From a cyanobacterium endosymbiont of Braarudosphaera bigelowii (GTDB lineage: Bacteria; Cyanobacteriota; Cyanobacteriia; Cyanobacteriales; Microcystaceae), in contig NZ_AP024987.1 of assembly GCF_020885515.1 (NCBI RefSeq), forward strand, positions 660,001-692,000: DNA of 32,000 bases, read 5' to 3'. The notes beneath the pieces were generated by a model that saw nothing but the letters and a program-made list of their open reading frames with translations, was not told the DNA's origin and ran no database searches. A program made the translations under genes and the position numbers. Of this stretch, positions 10,212-21,741 are shown in pieces. Positions within the stretch are counted from its first letter, which is position 1; each line of letters starts with the position of its first letter.

Positions 10212-11087
10212 TTAAAACTTATGCGTTACAAAAATTCCTAACATTTTCTCTCCTAAAAGTTCTGGCTGATCTACCATAGACATATGCCCGCAGTTTGGAA
10301 GATCAATAACATTTTTACCTTGGAAGCTAAAAAGTTTATGAAAACTAGCTAAGTATCTTACATATTGAGGTTCGATTAAAGTATCTTGTCTTCCAGCAAA
10401 AAAATATACCGGTTGTGCTAGACGTGCAACAATTTGTGGCAATATATGGACTTCTGTTTCAGTTGTTGAATTTAATAAAGAGCCTAATGCAGCTATTGAA
10501 TCAGCTCTCATTAAGTCTGTTACTTTCTGTTTTCCCCACCTACTTGCTATAGGATCCGTTACCATCATTTTTGAGAAAAGGATGTTAATTAAAGGAACAT
10601 TTGATAACCAAGGTGGTTTATATTTAACTAATTGTTTTCTAACTAGACGAAATCGTTCAAACTCTTCTTTAAGATATATCCCACCACCAACATTTAAGCA
10701 AACCACTCCTTGAATTTTTTCTGGACAAAGTTCAGCTCCCCACAATGCAATACTTCCCCCAATAGAGTGACCTATTAACCAACTTCTATGAATTTTTAAT
10801 TTTTCTAATAGAATAATTAAATCTTTTGCATAAGTTTCCAGAGCATACGGAGAAGATATTTGTAAATTTTGAGATGAAAAACCTTTAATAGGCTGGGAAT
10901 CTCCAAATCCTCTAATATCATAGATAAGACAAGAATATTTTTTAGAAAGTCTTTTAATGAGAGGGGACCAATATTGGCGACTTAATAACCAACCATGAAC
11001 AAAAATTAGAACAGGTGCAGAAGAATTAGAGGGATATGAAGTTAACTCATAAGTATGAGAAACTCCTAAAATTTTTATAGTTGGCAT
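10212..11087 (-). CDS. Alpha/beta hydrolase
   Basis: FVHGWLLSRQYW, nucleophile elbow LIGHSIGGSIAL, C-terminal LPNCGHMSMVDQPE. Confidence 0.85.
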   Translation of the reverse strand: MPTIKILGVSHTYELTSYPSNSSAPVLIFVHGWLLSRQYWSPLIKRLSKKYSCLIYDIRGFGDSQPIKGFSSQNLQISSPYALETYAKDLIILLEKLKIHRSWLIGHSIGGSIALWGAELCPEKIQGVVCLNVGGGIYLKEEFERFRLVRKQLVKYKPPWLSNVPLINILFSKMMVTDPIASRWGKQKVTDLMRADSIAALGSLLNSTTETEVHILPQIVARLAQPVYFFAGRQDTLIEPQYVRYLASFHKLFSFQGKNVIDLPNCGHMSMVDQPELLGEKMLGIFVTHKF

Positions 11088-11139
11088 ATTGTGTCTTACC
11101 TCATGGGAAGGTCATGATGACATTATTAGTTAAAACCAT

Positions 11140-11445
11140 TTGATGCCAATAGTCTTATTCAATTGTAATTTATATGGAGTTCTGATGCTTAACTTTATCT
11201 CTATGGATCTTAAATCTATTAGCACAAAAATATTACTGATTTTAATTAGAAATTATAAAACATACATCTCTCCACTTCTGCCTCCTAGTTGTCGATTTCA
11301 ACCAACATGTTCAGAATATATGTTAGAAGCCATAGAAAGATTTGGACCTCTATATGGTACTTTATTAGGGATCAAGAGAATTTTTCGTTGCAACCCTTTT
11401 AGTGTCTCAAGATATGATCCTGTACCGCTTAAAGTCAAAAAATAA
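11140..11445 (+). CDS. yidD: Membrane protein insertion efficiency factor
   Basis: [55 protein letters not shown]. True start may be the later ATG (MDLKSIS...). Confidence 0.93.
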   Translation: MMPIVLFNCNLYGVLMLNFISMDLKSISTKILLILIRNYKTYISPLLPPSCRFQPTCSEYMLEAIERFGPLYGTLLGIKRIFRCNPFSVSRYDPVPLKVKK

Positions 11446-11485
11446 CTATAGAACACATTTGACTAATCTTTAATTACATACTGAG

Positions 11486-11507
11486 CAATCGATAACTTTA
11501 TTGATTG
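11486..11507 (+). terminator. Weak hairpin downstream of yidD
   Basis: CAATCGATA - ACTT - TATTGATTG, 9 pairs including one G-U, 40 nt after the yidD stop. Confidence 0.25.
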
Positions 11508-11535
11508 TCTTAATAAGTATTTAAGAGATTAAATC

Positions 11536-11569
11536 AAGAAAAGACAATATGGTAATATTGTCTTTTCTT
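11536..11569. terminator. Perfect hairpin between convergent yidD and pgsA, possible bidirectional terminator
   Basis: AAGAAAAGACAATAT - GGTA - ATATTGTCTTTTCTT, 15-bp perfect stem, 4-nt loop. Confidence 0.55.
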
Positions 11570-11783
11570 ATTAGTTTTGATAATGGTGTTGTAGGAACAA
11601 AACATATTCAATACTTTCTCTAAATTCTTGTTATCAGAATTAGTTTCATTTAACATAAACTATACGCTTATATTATCGTTTTTCAATAAAATTATAAATG
11701 TTTCTATATAAATCTAAAAGATAAGCATCATAAAGTGATTTATAGTATGTTGCCCTACAATTTCGTTTTTATAAAATATAAAA

Positions 11784-12356
11784 TTACATATCTTTAGTTT
11801 TATTCTTTTTCAGCCCAATATCAGGAATAACATAAATTAATCCTGACACTAATGTCAAGATTACAGATATCCAAAATAATATATTACTAAAATTATCCCA
11901 GTCTTGGGGAAGAGGTGCAATAAGAAAAGCAATAGCTATTACTTGACTAAAGGTTTTAAATTTACCCCAAATGTTAGCTTCTTTAGGACCTCTTTTGTTT
12001 TTAATACTATTAATTCGATAAAAAGTTATTGCTATCTCTCTAAATATTATTAAGATTACTCCCCATATAGAAATTCGTTCTACTATTACTAAGCCTGACA
12101 AAGTTGAAATTATAAAAACTTTGTCCACTAAAGGATCAAGAAACTTACCTAACTCGGTAACTTGGTTCATTTTTCTAGCTAAATATCCATCTACCCAATC
12201 TGTAGAAGCTATAGTAAGAAAAGTTACTAGACTTATCCAACGACTAAAGAAAACAGGTGTAATTAAAAAATAAAAGAGAAAAAAAACTCCTATTAAACGG
12301 CTGACAGTAATCCAATTAGGAATGTTCATTAATAATTTCTTAGAAATACAATACAA
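11784..12356 (-). CDS. pgsA: CDP-diacylglycerol--glycerol-3-phosphate 3-phosphatidyltransferase
   Basis: Signature STDWVDGYLARKMNQVTELGKFLDPLVDK plus multiple transmembrane segments. Confidence 0.93.
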   Translation of the reverse strand: MYCISKKLLMNIPNWITVSRLIGVFFLFYFLITPVFFSRWISLVTFLTIASTDWVDGYLARKMNQVTELGKFLDPLVDKVFIISTLSGLVIVERISIWGVILIIFREIAITFYRINSIKNKRGPKEANIWGKFKTFSQVIAIAFLIAPLPQDWDNFSNILFWISVILTLVSGLIYVIPDIGLKKNKTKDM

Positions 12357-12369
12357 TTTATCATTTTTA

Positions 12370-13560
12370 TCAAATACCTATTTCTTGTAGCTTATCACGT
12401 AACATACTTGCTTCTGTCTGTTTATTTTGTAATTCATACAAGTCTATAGCTTTATGAAATGCTTCAGAACTTTTAGAAATTTTCCTTAACTTAAATAAAA
12501 CTACTCCTAGATTCTGATAGGTTTCAGCACAATTAGGATTTAGAGAAATTAGCTTTTCATAGATAATTACAGAATTTGTTAAATTGCCCATAGTGCTTAA
12601 AACTATAGCAAGATTATAGTAGCCGGTTAAAAAGCTAGGATCAATTTTTAAAGTTGTTTCATAAACTCTAGCTGCATCTTTAAAACTTTTTATATTCTGT
12701 AATACAACTCCATAATTATTATACGCACCCAGCTTTAAATAATCCATAACATCTTGAGCTACTGCCTTTTTATAATGTTTTATAGCTTGTTCGTTATTGT
12801 TCGTCTTAGCATATATATTACCTAAGTGATAATGTAGTTCAAATAATATGTGAGCGTTATTTGGGCTAAATTTCAAACCTTGTTTAAATAACTTAATAGC
12901 CTGCTTTTCTCTACCCGCTTGAGAATATAAGGCTCCTAACTTACTGCAAGTATATGAGTCATATGGATATTTTTTTAAAAAACTTTCCATTGCTTCTTTA
13001 GCACGAGCATGTTTGCTTAAAGATAGAATTTGACTTGGAGTATAGCCATAATGATGGATAGAGACTATAGGAAGATCTACAACTTTCCAACGATTCTCTA
13101 TTCTTAGTAACTTAGCTACGCTCTCATCTATAGAGGAATGATATGGGCGAAAAAAGGAAATACTTGAATGCTTACGAAACAGGCGAGAAACTAAAGAATA
13201 AGGTGATTGGGACGCTCCCACTTCAAAGCGTACTAAATTAATCACTAAGTTATCTTTTTGAGCAATGGATTCTTTGATTTGCGGAATAGCTTCTTTGTTC
13301 AAAATTTCATCAGCATCAAGAACTAATACCCAATCTTTGTTAACGTATTTTAATGCTTCGTTTCGTGCTGCTGAAAAATCGTTATTCCACTCAAAGACAG
13401 GAACAGTTGCCCCGAACTTTTGAGCAACTTCTATAGTCTTATCGGTTGAACCAGTATCTAAAACTATAATTTCATCGACTAGTCCTTTAATACTATCTAG
13501 ACATTTAGATAACCTTTCTTCCTCATTTTTAACAATCATGCAAAGACTAAGTTCTGTCAT
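12370..13560 (-). CDS. Family 2 glycosyltransferase with C-terminal TPR repeats
   Basis: LSLCMIVKNEEERLSKCLDSI...DEIIVLDTGSTDKT...LVLDADE, followed by several ~34-aa TPR-like units. Confidence 0.87.
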   Translation of the reverse strand: MTELSLCMIVKNEEERLSKCLDSIKGLVDEIIVLDTGSTDKTIEVAQKFGATVPVFEWNNDFSAARNEALKYVNKDWVLVLDADEILNKEAIPQIKESIAQKDNLVINLVRFEVGASQSPYSLVSRLFRKHSSISFFRPYHSSIDESVAKLLRIENRWKVVDLPIVSIHHYGYTPSQILSLSKHARAKEAMESFLKKYPYDSYTCSKLGALYSQAGREKQAIKLFKQGLKFSPNNAHILFELHYHLGNIYAKTNNNEQAIKHYKKAVAQDVMDYLKLGAYNNYGVVLQNIKSFKDAARVYETTLKIDPSFLTGYYNLAIVLSTMGNLTNSVIIYEKLISLNPNCAETYQNLGVVLFKLRKISKSSEAFHKAIDLYELQNKQTEASMLRDKLQEIGI

Positions 13561-13946
13561 TTTTAATCTAAAGCTATTTTTTAATCTAATAAATTATTAG
13601 AATTCTGCAGTAAAGATCATTCCTTATATAGTATATTGTTAATAACTTAATATTGTAGTTAATAATATTAATGATGTTCAGTAGAACAGAAACAATTTAA
13701 TTTCTCAATAGTATAAATTGCTTAGTATTTTAAAGAAGTAAATTTTCTTTTATAGTTTTTGAAATATTAATATTTCACTTATTTTGTTTTAAAAAATATT
13801 TCAAATAAGAGGCATTAGCACAAAGCAATGTATCCTTTTCAAATCTTTTCTTCTTACTATTTCAACATCTCAAAAATCAATAGTAGACTATTGTATATGA
13901 GTATAGTGATAATTCGCTTGCTATTAAAGTTCATATAAATTATCTT

Positions 13947-15416
13947 ATGTCATTGACTCTATTAACATCAAAGGAAATTCCTCAACTAATTTATCAACCC
14001 AACCGTGAGCACTTTGATGAAACTTGGCAAAAACCGTTGAGTATCTTACTAGGGTTAGGAAGAGCTGCAGGAGCAGATTTTTTAGAATTTTTTTTAGAAA
14101 GGACTAACTATCTAAGTTGCTTAGCAGAAGAGGAAATTATTACAGCTATTTCTCCCTCTTTGTCTTCTGGCGCTGGGATACGTATTTTTAAAGGGAAAGC
14201 TGATTGCTATGTAAGTACTAATAATATCTCATTTAAAGGCCTCAGAGTAGCCTTGGAAAAAGGGTTATCTATTTTAGGCTTAAGTTTACCCTCTTCTAAT
14301 GCTTATGTTTCAGAAGTAAATTTAGAGTTATTAAGAGATTACACTATAAGTAAGCAAAAAGAATCATGGCTACTAAAATGTATTCCAGTTGAGGAAATAC
14401 AACAAATTTTACTTTCAGCAAACCAGGCTATTACTGACAAGGTCAATCATATTCAATCTCGTCGTTCTACTTATTTTAGAAATTGGCAAGAAGTTTTAGT
14501 TGCTTCTAGTGATGGTACCTTTGCTAGAGATATTCGTCTTACTCAATCTGTTGGCTACTCTTTATTTTGTGCAGACAGAGAGCATCGTAGCTCAATAAAT
14601 AAACGTTTTGGTGATACTAGTAATATTAATTTTTTAAGGGAGTGGAATTATGAAAATGCATCAGAGGAAATTGCAGAATCTGCTGGAAGAATGTTACACG
14701 CTGATTTTGTTGAATCAGGTAATTATCCTATAGTTATGGCTAATAAGTTTGGTGGAGTAATTTTCCATGAGGCTTGTGGACATCTTTTGGAAACTACCCA
14801 AATAGAAGCTCATACAACTCCTTTTATAGATAAAAAGGGACACAAAATTGCTCATGAAAATTTAACGGCTTGGGACGAAGGAGTATCGGATAAAGCTTTT
14901 GGAAGTATTGATATGGATGATGAAGGAATGCCTTCTCAAAGAACTCTTTTAATAGAAAATGGTATTCTAAAAAACTTTTTATCTGATCGTGCTGGTTATC
15001 TTCGCACTGGTTTTCCTCGTACAGGTAGTGGAAGACGCCAAAGCTATGCCTATGCTCCAGCATCTCGAATGCGTAATACATATATCGCTCCTGGTAATTA
15101 TTCTACAAATGATATTTTTGCTTCTATAGATAAAGGAATTTACTGTAAACAAATGGGTGGTGGTAGTGTTGGAGTTACAGGCGAGTTCAATTTTTGCGTT
15201 TCTGAAGGATATCTAATTGAAAAAGGAAAATTAACAAAACCTTTGAAAGGAGCAACTTTAATTGGAATAGCTCAAAATATAATGAACGAAATTTCAATGT
15301 GTTCACAAGATTTAGAGTATGCTCCAGGATTTTGTGGTTCTACAAGTGGTAGTATATATGTCACTGTTGGTCAGCCACACATTAAAGTTGATAAGATTAC
15401 CGTAGGTGGTCGCTAA
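13947..15416 (+). CDS. tldD: TldD/PmbA-family zinc metalloprotease
   Basis: [14 protein letters not shown] (HExxxH), [39 protein letters not shown]. Confidence 0.92.
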   Translation: MSLTLLTSKEIPQLIYQPNREHFDETWQKPLSILLGLGRAAGADFLEFFLERTNYLSCLAEEEIITAISPSLSSGAGIRIFKGKADCYVSTNNISFKGLRVALEKGLSILGLSLPSSNAYVSEVNLELLRDYTISKQKESWLLKCIPVEEIQQILLSANQAITDKVNHIQSRRSTYFRNWQEVLVASSDGTFARDIRLTQSVGYSLFCADREHRSSINKRFGDTSNINFLREWNYENASEEIAESAGRMLHADFVESGNYPIVMANKFGGVIFHEACGHLLETTQIEAHTTPFIDKKGHKIAHENLTAWDEGVSDKAFGSIDMDDEGMPSQRTLLIENGILKNFLSDRAGYLRTGFPRTGSGRRQSYAYAPASRMRNTYIAPGNYSTNDIFASIDKGIYCKQMGGGSVGVTGEFNFCVSEGYLIEKGKLTKPLKGATLIGIAQNIMNEISMCSQDLEYAPGFCGSTSGSIYVTVGQPHIKVDKITVGGR

Positions 15417-15733
15417 CTCTGTAAACTTTAATCAGCATACATCGCATAAAACATATTTGTAAAAAGCAATTATCATAATTAAGTATTATTTTAAGTAATC
15501 AAACATAATTTATCAGCTGTATGCTTAATTTATTTAAAAAGATAATGTCTGCAGTAAATATCTTATGTTTATTAATCTACATATTACCGATTTGAATGTT
15601 TAACAAGCGTACGTAAGATTAAAAATGTAATCAATAAATATAGTTTAAAACTATCGAATATCATCAATGATTAAATATTGAATTTTCTAAAAATTAATAA
15701 CTGAAAAGTGAAATATATTTTAGATTTAAAACT

Positions 15734-17218
15734 ATGAACTCATCTAACACCACAAAAATTGAATATGCTGATGTTGTTATTGTCGGCGGTGGTATAGCTG
15801 GAATAGCAACTGCAGAATTTTTAGCTCGTCACAGTAATTTATCTATCAAGCTTTTAGAAAAAGCTTCTCACCTAGGAACTGCATCGTCAGGAAAATTGGA
15901 AGGATGGTATCATACCGGAGCACTATATTCTGGACAAGATGATGCACAAACATTTATTAACTGTGTAAATGGAGTTGAAGATTTAATTAATTTTTACACC
16001 CCATATTTTGTTTCTCAGTGTAATATCAACTTGTCAGAAAGAAAGACTGGTTTCTTTACACCTTCAATTATGCCTAGATCAGGCGGTTGGTTTAACAATT
16101 CTCCAGTTTATTTAATTCATCCTCAACTTAACTCTCCGGAAATTCACCTCTCTCGTCTTAAAAGTGATCTAACACATATTAATAACCAAAAAGAGAGAGT
16201 CATAGGGAGACTAGAAGCTGCTTATGGAGAACAGCATAATTGGTTGGTTGATAACAAATGTACTGCTCCAACCTATGCTCAAGTTGAAAGCAATGAAGGA
16301 ATAGAATCTTCTTTAAAACAATCAACAGCTACTATTCGCAATCTTTGTAATAAATTTAACTTGTCCTATGGAATAAACACTAATACTTATGACTATATTA
16401 AAACTTTAGATTGTTCTATGAATACCAATAAAATTTTGAGGGATCTAGTATCTAGTTCTCTTAGGCATGGTGTAGATTTTGAAGCAGGAATTAAAATTGA
16501 AAAATTGTCAATTGATAATTATGGCCCTATTCGATTAAAAAGCTTATTATGTGAGACTAGAAAAGGATTATTAAAAAAATTTAAGGCGCGATTATTTATT
16601 TTTGCTGTTGGTAATGGATTTGAACCTTTCTTACGGGATTTGCAGATTAGAGCAAGATTAAAACGTAATAAAAGTGCTATGGTAGTTGCTGTTCCTCCTC
16701 TTACTGATGTAAATTTTTTTAGAATGTCTACTAAGAATCATTTTCATTTCAATCATTTTTTCCGACAACCAAATACTAGTAGTCAAGCATACTCGATATT
16801 AGCCAATTCTGGTTACATTAATAATGAAACAAATTATGAGATCGATACTGATCCGATTTTAGAGGCAGCGGAACGTTATTTTGGTAATACGAATTTGTAT
16901 AATAGAGAATTATATAGCTATGAATGTACGAAAACTGAATTTGTTAGTGAAGAAGAGCAGAAACGACGTTATAGTTATTGGATTGAATCCAGGCCAAATA
17001 GCAACTATATGTGTATCTTACCAGGCAAATTTTCTTTTTTCCCCACTGTAGCTTACCAAGCTTATCAAAGGATTAGAACCTTATTGGATTTTCAAGAAAT
17101 AAAACCTCAATTAAAATTTCAATCTACCAATGATATTGAAGTTAAAGTTAGTAGTTTAGTAGCTAATTCATATTCTTTTCAAATCTCTACAAACAACCAT
17201 TCCTCTACTATCAAATAG
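15734..17218 (+). CDS. FAD-dependent oxidoreductase (DAO fold)
   Basis: N-terminal Rossmann motif ADVVIVGGGIAGIATAEFLARHSNLSIKLLEKA; intact 494-aa ORF. Confidence 0.8.
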   Translation: MNSSNTTKIEYADVVIVGGGIAGIATAEFLARHSNLSIKLLEKASHLGTASSGKLEGWYHTGALYSGQDDAQTFINCVNGVEDLINFYTPYFVSQCNINLSERKTGFFTPSIMPRSGGWFNNSPVYLIHPQLNSPEIHLSRLKSDLTHINNQKERVIGRLEAAYGEQHNWLVDNKCTAPTYAQVESNEGIESSLKQSTATIRNLCNKFNLSYGINTNTYDYIKTLDCSMNTNKILRDLVSSSLRHGVDFEAGIKIEKLSIDNYGPIRLKSLLCETRKGLLKKFKARLFIFAVGNGFEPFLRDLQIRARLKRNKSAMVVAVPPLTDVNFFRMSTKNHFHFNHFFRQPNTSSQAYSILANSGYINNETNYEIDTDPILEAAERYFGNTNLYNRELYSYECTKTEFVSEEEQKRRYSYWIESRPNSNYMCILPGKFSFFPTVAYQAYQRIRTLLDFQEIKPQLKFQSTNDIEVKVSSLVANSYSFQISTNNHSSTIK

Positions 17219-17510
17219 TAGTAAAAATAATCTTATAAAGAATTTATATATCAAATTTAAAATACTTTCCCTTTTTTAGGATAAGAAGTAGTATATTTTG
17301 GTATTTTCATTATCATATATACAGTACTTAATGTAAATTTGTCATATATGGAACATTAATAACCTAGGGTATACAAAGTATTATTTACTATACTACTAAG
17401 TTATTTTTAAATAAGTATTTCTAAATTAGGTATATGAAAGGTATAACTTTAATTATTATTTCTTGACTCAAAATTATAGGTTCAATAAATAATTTTTATA
17501 GATAATCACT

Positions 17511-18365
17511 ATGATAGACAAAAAAAAATTAAACTCAGGAACTTTATATGTGGTAGGGACACCTATAGGTAATTTAGAAGATATAACATTACGAGCAATT
17601 AGGGTTCTAAAATCAGCTGATTTAATTGCAGCGGAAGATACTCGTCATACCGCTAAACTTCTAAATTATTTCAAAATAACTACTCCTAAAATTAGTTATC
17701 ATCAACATAATTATGTAATTCGTCAAGATGAATTAGTAAGTAAATTAGAACAAGGAAATATAATTGCTTTAGTAAGCGATGCTGGGATGCCAGGTATCTC
17801 TGATCCCGGTTATGATTTAATATGCTCATGTATTATTAAGAATATTCCTGTAGTTCCAGTTCCCGGCCCTACAGCAGTTATTACGGCTCTTATAACTTCA
17901 GGATTACCTAGTGATCGTTTTGTTTTTGAGGGTTTCTTACCTATCAAAGCTCAAGCAAGACAAGAACGACTTAACTTGTTAAAAAAAGAAAGTCGTACAA
18001 TCATTATTTATGAATCTCCCCATCGCTTGTTAAAAACTTTAATTAATTTTATAGAAATATTTGGTGACGATCATAGAATCACTATAGGAAGGGAGTTGAC
18101 TAAGTATTATGAAGAATTTTGGAGAGGCAATTTAAAAGAAGCTGTATTACATTACAAAGAAGTTAAGAATATTAAGGGAGAATTTACATTAGTTTTATCT
18201 GGCTGTTCTCAAAATAACTTATTAGATTTAAATATCGAACAGGTAAAATGTGAGTTCCTAAAATTATTGGATAAAGGAATGACGAGATCTCAGGCAAGCA
18301 AGTATTTAGCTACAACAGTAAATTTTTCTCGTCGTCAAATTTATGAAATGTCTTTAAGTGACTAA
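17511..18365 (+). CDS. rsmI: 16S rRNA (cytidine(1402)-2'-O)-methyltransferase
   Basis: GTLYVVGTPIGNLEDITLRAIRVLKSADLIAAEDTRHTAKLLNYF and PGISDPGYDL. Confidence 0.96.
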   Translation: MIDKKKLNSGTLYVVGTPIGNLEDITLRAIRVLKSADLIAAEDTRHTAKLLNYFKITTPKISYHQHNYVIRQDELVSKLEQGNIIALVSDAGMPGISDPGYDLICSCIIKNIPVVPVPGPTAVITALITSGLPSDRFVFEGFLPIKAQARQERLNLLKKESRTIIIYESPHRLLKTLINFIEIFGDDHRITIGRELTKYYEEFWRGNLKEAVLHYKEVKNIKGEFTLVLSGCSQNNLLDLNIEQVKCEFLKLLDKGMTRSQASKYLATTVNFSRRQIYEMSLSD

Positions 18366-18554
18366 TACGTATCAATATTTCTATTATGATGATAGTTATA
18401 GAAACTAATTATTAATAAAATTTATAAGATTCTAATATGTATAATTTATGATAGTTCATATATAGTCTTGTTTTTACAAGAAAATAGAAAAAACTATGAT
18501 TTATATATCTTCCGAGCTTAAAAAAAAATATCTTCTCCATTAAAGATAGGATCG

Positions 18555-19502
18555 TTGAGTCTTAACAGCAGAGTTTTACAATCACCTTTAGCTGGAGTAA
18601 CAGATTTAGTATTTCGTAAGTTAGTTCGACGTTATTCTCCTAAATCTATGATTTATACCGAAATGATCAATGCAACAGAACTATGTCATTTAGGAAGAAC
18701 GCAACAACTTATTAATATCGAGATTGAACAAAAGCCAATCGGAATACAAATATTTGATTCTCGTTACCACTTTATGGTGGAAGCTGCTAAAAGAATAGAA
18801 ATTCAGGGTGCACAAGTAATTGATATAAATATGGGATGTCCAGTTAATAAGATTACGAAGAAAGGAGGAGGATCTTCATTATTAAAGCAGCCAAAAACAG
18901 CCAAAAAAATTATTTCTGAAATTGCGAAAGCAGTAAAAATACCTGTTACTGTAAAGACAAGAATTGGCTGGAACGATAATACAATTAACATATTAGATTT
19001 CGCAAAAATGATGGAAGATGCTGGAGCTTGCATGTTAACCATTCATGCAAGAACTAGAAATCAGGGATATACTGGAACTCCTTATTGGCAATGGATCAGA
19101 AAGATTAAAGAAAACTTACTTATTCCAATCATAGCGAACGGAAATATTTTTTCTGTTGAAGATGCAGTGAAATGCTTAGAAATGACAAATGCAGATGGAG
19201 TTATGTGTTCTAGAGGAACCTTAGGTTATCCATTCCTCGTAGGAGAAATCGATCATTTTTTTAAAACAGGTCGTTCCTTTGCTACAATAACTCCTCAACA
19301 AAGATTGGGATGTGCCAAAGAACACCTACAAGAGCTTTGGGAACACAAAGGTAATCAAGGCATTTATCAAGGGAGAAAACATCTTCTCTGGTATTGCCAA
19401 GGATTCCCTGGTGCACCAGAATTAAGGAAAGAAATTATAAAAATTCAAAATATAGAGGAAGGATATAAGTTGTTAGATAAAAGTATTGAGTTATGTCTAT
19501 AA
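18555..19502 (+). CDS. dus: tRNA-dihydrouridine synthase (TTG start)
   Basis: SPLAGVTDLVFRKLVRR, QIFDSRYHFMVEAAKRIE, DINMGCPVNKITKKGGGSSL, HARTRNQGYTG, ANGNIF. Confidence 0.93.
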   Translation: MSLNSRVLQSPLAGVTDLVFRKLVRRYSPKSMIYTEMINATELCHLGRTQQLINIEIEQKPIGIQIFDSRYHFMVEAAKRIEIQGAQVIDINMGCPVNKITKKGGGSSLLKQPKTAKKIISEIAKAVKIPVTVKTRIGWNDNTINILDFAKMMEDAGACMLTIHARTRNQGYTGTPYWQWIRKIKENLLIPIIANGNIFSVEDAVKCLEMTNADGVMCSRGTLGYPFLVGEIDHFFKTGRSFATITPQQRLGCAKEHLQELWEHKGNQGIYQGRKHLLWYCQGFPGAPELRKEIIKIQNIEEGYKLLDKSIELCL

Positions 19503-19734
19503 AAAGATTCTATTTGAGACCTAGTCAAGTTATAACTTTTTTATAAGACAAGTACTGTCTAATAGTATTAGTTCTATAGAGCTTTCAAAAAATTTGCTAT
19601 GTATAAAAATTAGGTGATTTATCTTGTCTGAGAAACTTTTCAACATATTTGAAAATTATATGGCAGTATTAAAAATCATGTTGATTTTGAGCGTTAATAA
19701 TTTAAAAAGAATTATCACAATTTTTCTCAAACAT

Positions 19735-19782
19735 AATTAAATGAAAAATAACTTTTTAATAAAAGTTATTTTTCATTTAATT
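19735..19782. repeat. Perfect 22-bp inverted repeat with 4-nt loop, upstream of guaA
   Basis: AATTAAATGAAAAATAACTTTT - TAAT - AAAAGTTATTTTTCATTTAATT. Confidence 0.85.
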
Positions 19783-19915
19783 TCAGTAGATAATTCAAAA
19801 AAATGCTATATTAATGTGAGTATTTACTTTTAAAATTTTCGAATTTCTATTTATATATACATATATTAAAAATAGAACTTATTACCTATTAACTATTTGT
19901 CCGGATCCTCCAAAC

Positions 19916-21550
19916 GTGACTACTCAAATTCCTTTTATTACCAACGACTCAGAAACTTCTCCAGCAAATGTTTCGAGTGACTGCTTTAATCGTAATCATC
20001 AAATGATAGTAATTCTTGATTTTGGTTCTCAATATTCAGAATTAATCGCACGTCGGATTCGAGAGACACACGTTTACTCTGAGGTTATATCCTATCAAAC
20101 TGATATAAAAAAAATATACGAACTTAATCCGAAAGGAATTATCCTTTCAGGAGGGCCTAGTTCAGTTTATAGCGATTTTTCTCCACAATGTGATAAAAAA
20201 ATATGGGACCTCGGCATTCCTATCCTAGGTATTTGTTATGGGATGCAGCTGATGGTACAACAGCTTGGAGGACAGGTTGAAAAAGCAGAGTATGGAGAAT
20301 ATGGCAAGGCATTGTTAAAAATAGATGATCCGACAGATCTATTTACTAACTTGGAGGATAGTTCTACTATGTGGATGAGTCATGGAGATTCATCCACCAA
20401 ACTACCTGAGGGATTTTCTATCCTAGCCCATACAGATAACACACCATGTGCTGCTATTGCTAATCATGATAAAAAACTTTTTGGGGTCCAGTTCCACCCA
20501 GAAGTTGTTCATTCTGTAGGAGGAGTTGTAATTATACGTAATTTTGTTTATCACATTTGTGGATGTGAGCCTACATGGACTACAAAAGCCTTTGTTGATG
20601 AAACAATTAATGACATTCGTAAAAAAGTTAAAGATAAGAAAGTATTGCTAGCCTTGTCTGGAGGAGTAGATTCTTCAACATTAGCCTTTTTACTACATCA
20701 AGCGATTGGTAGCAATTTAACTTGTATGTTTATTGACCAAGGTTTTATGAGAAAGGAAGAACCAGAACGTCTGGTAGATATATTTAGCAAACAATTCCAT
20801 ATCCCTGTTGAATACGTAAATGCGAGAGAACGTTTTATAAAGAAACTAGAAGGAATTGTTGATCCTGAGAAAAAACGTCATCTTATTGGTCATGAATTTA
20901 TACAAGTATTTGAAGAAGAATCTCAGCGTCTTGGTCCTTTCGATTACTTAGCACAAGGGACACTTTACCCTGATGTGATAGAATCTGCAGATATCAATGC
21001 TACTCCTAATGCAGGTGAAAGAGTTGCTGTTAAAATTAAAAGTCATCACAATGTTGGAGGATTACCTAAGAATTTAAGATTTAAACTAGTGGAGCCCTTA
21101 CGCAAATTATTTAAAGATGAAGTCCGAAAAGTCGGTCAGTCTATTGGCTTGCCAGAAGAGATTGTGCGACGTCATCCTTTTCCTGGACCAGGACTAGCTA
21201 TTCGTATAATCGGGGAAGTTACTCGAGAACGTTTAAATATATTAAGAGATGCAGATTATATCGTAAGAGATGAGATAAGTAAGCAAGGCGCATATCACGA
21301 TTTTTGGCAAGCATTTGCTGTATTGCTACCTATTCGGAGCGTTGGAGTAATGGGAGATAAACGTACTTATTCTCATCCAATAGTATTACGTCTTATTACT
21401 AGTGAGGATGGCATGACTGCAGACTGGGCAAGAGTTCCTTATGAACTTTTAGAAGTTATTTCTAATCGTATTGTTAATGAGGTAAGAGAAGTGAACCGTG
21501 TAGTTTACGATATAACTTCTAAGCCTCCAGGAACTATTGAATGGGAATAA
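19916..21550 (+). CDS. guaA: GMP synthase (glutamine-hydrolysing), GTG start
   Basis: GATase [23 protein letters not shown]; synthase [12 protein letters not shown]; C-terminal [11 protein letters not shown]. Confidence 0.98.
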   Translation: MTTQIPFITNDSETSPANVSSDCFNRNHQMIVILDFGSQYSELIARRIRETHVYSEVISYQTDIKKIYELNPKGIILSGGPSSVYSDFSPQCDKKIWDLGIPILGICYGMQLMVQQLGGQVEKAEYGEYGKALLKIDDPTDLFTNLEDSSTMWMSHGDSSTKLPEGFSILAHTDNTPCAAIANHDKKLFGVQFHPEVVHSVGGVVIIRNFVYHICGCEPTWTTKAFVDETINDIRKKVKDKKVLLALSGGVDSSTLAFLLHQAIGSNLTCMFIDQGFMRKEEPERLVDIFSKQFHIPVEYVNARERFIKKLEGIVDPEKKRHLIGHEFIQVFEEESQRLGPFDYLAQGTLYPDVIESADINATPNAGERVAVKIKSHHNVGGLPKNLRFKLVEPLRKLFKDEVRKVGQSIGLPEEIVRRHPFPGPGLAIRIIGEVTRERLNILRDADYIVRDEISKQGAYHDFWQAFAVLLPIRSVGVMGDKRTYSHPIVLRLITSEDGMTADWARVPYELLEVISNRIVNEVREVNRVVYDITSKPPGTIEWE

Positions 21551-21609
21551 TTATGAAAACTAAGCCATAATATTTATTAAAATGTTATGGCTTAGTTTTC
21601 ATAATTATT
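21546..21609. terminator. Perfect 25-bp inverted repeat overlapping the guaA stop, between convergent guaA and vipp1
   Basis: AATAATTATGAAAACTAAGCCATAA - 14 nt - TTATGGCTTAGTTTTCATAATTATT. Confidence 0.65.
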
Positions 21610-21741
21610 AAAAATAAGTTACTTCAAGAATTATTTTATGTGAAAAATCTTGAGGCTAGTATTTTTATATATTCTTTTAAATTTTGTCGCTTTTAATCTC
21701 CAGTTAATTAATTCTTTTTCAAAAGATCAAATCACTAATAG

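Noticed and set aside
14824-15081. 85-aa - strand ORF
   Set aside because: Entirely antisense inside tldD.
18803-19042. 79-aa - strand ORF
   Set aside because: Entirely antisense inside dus.
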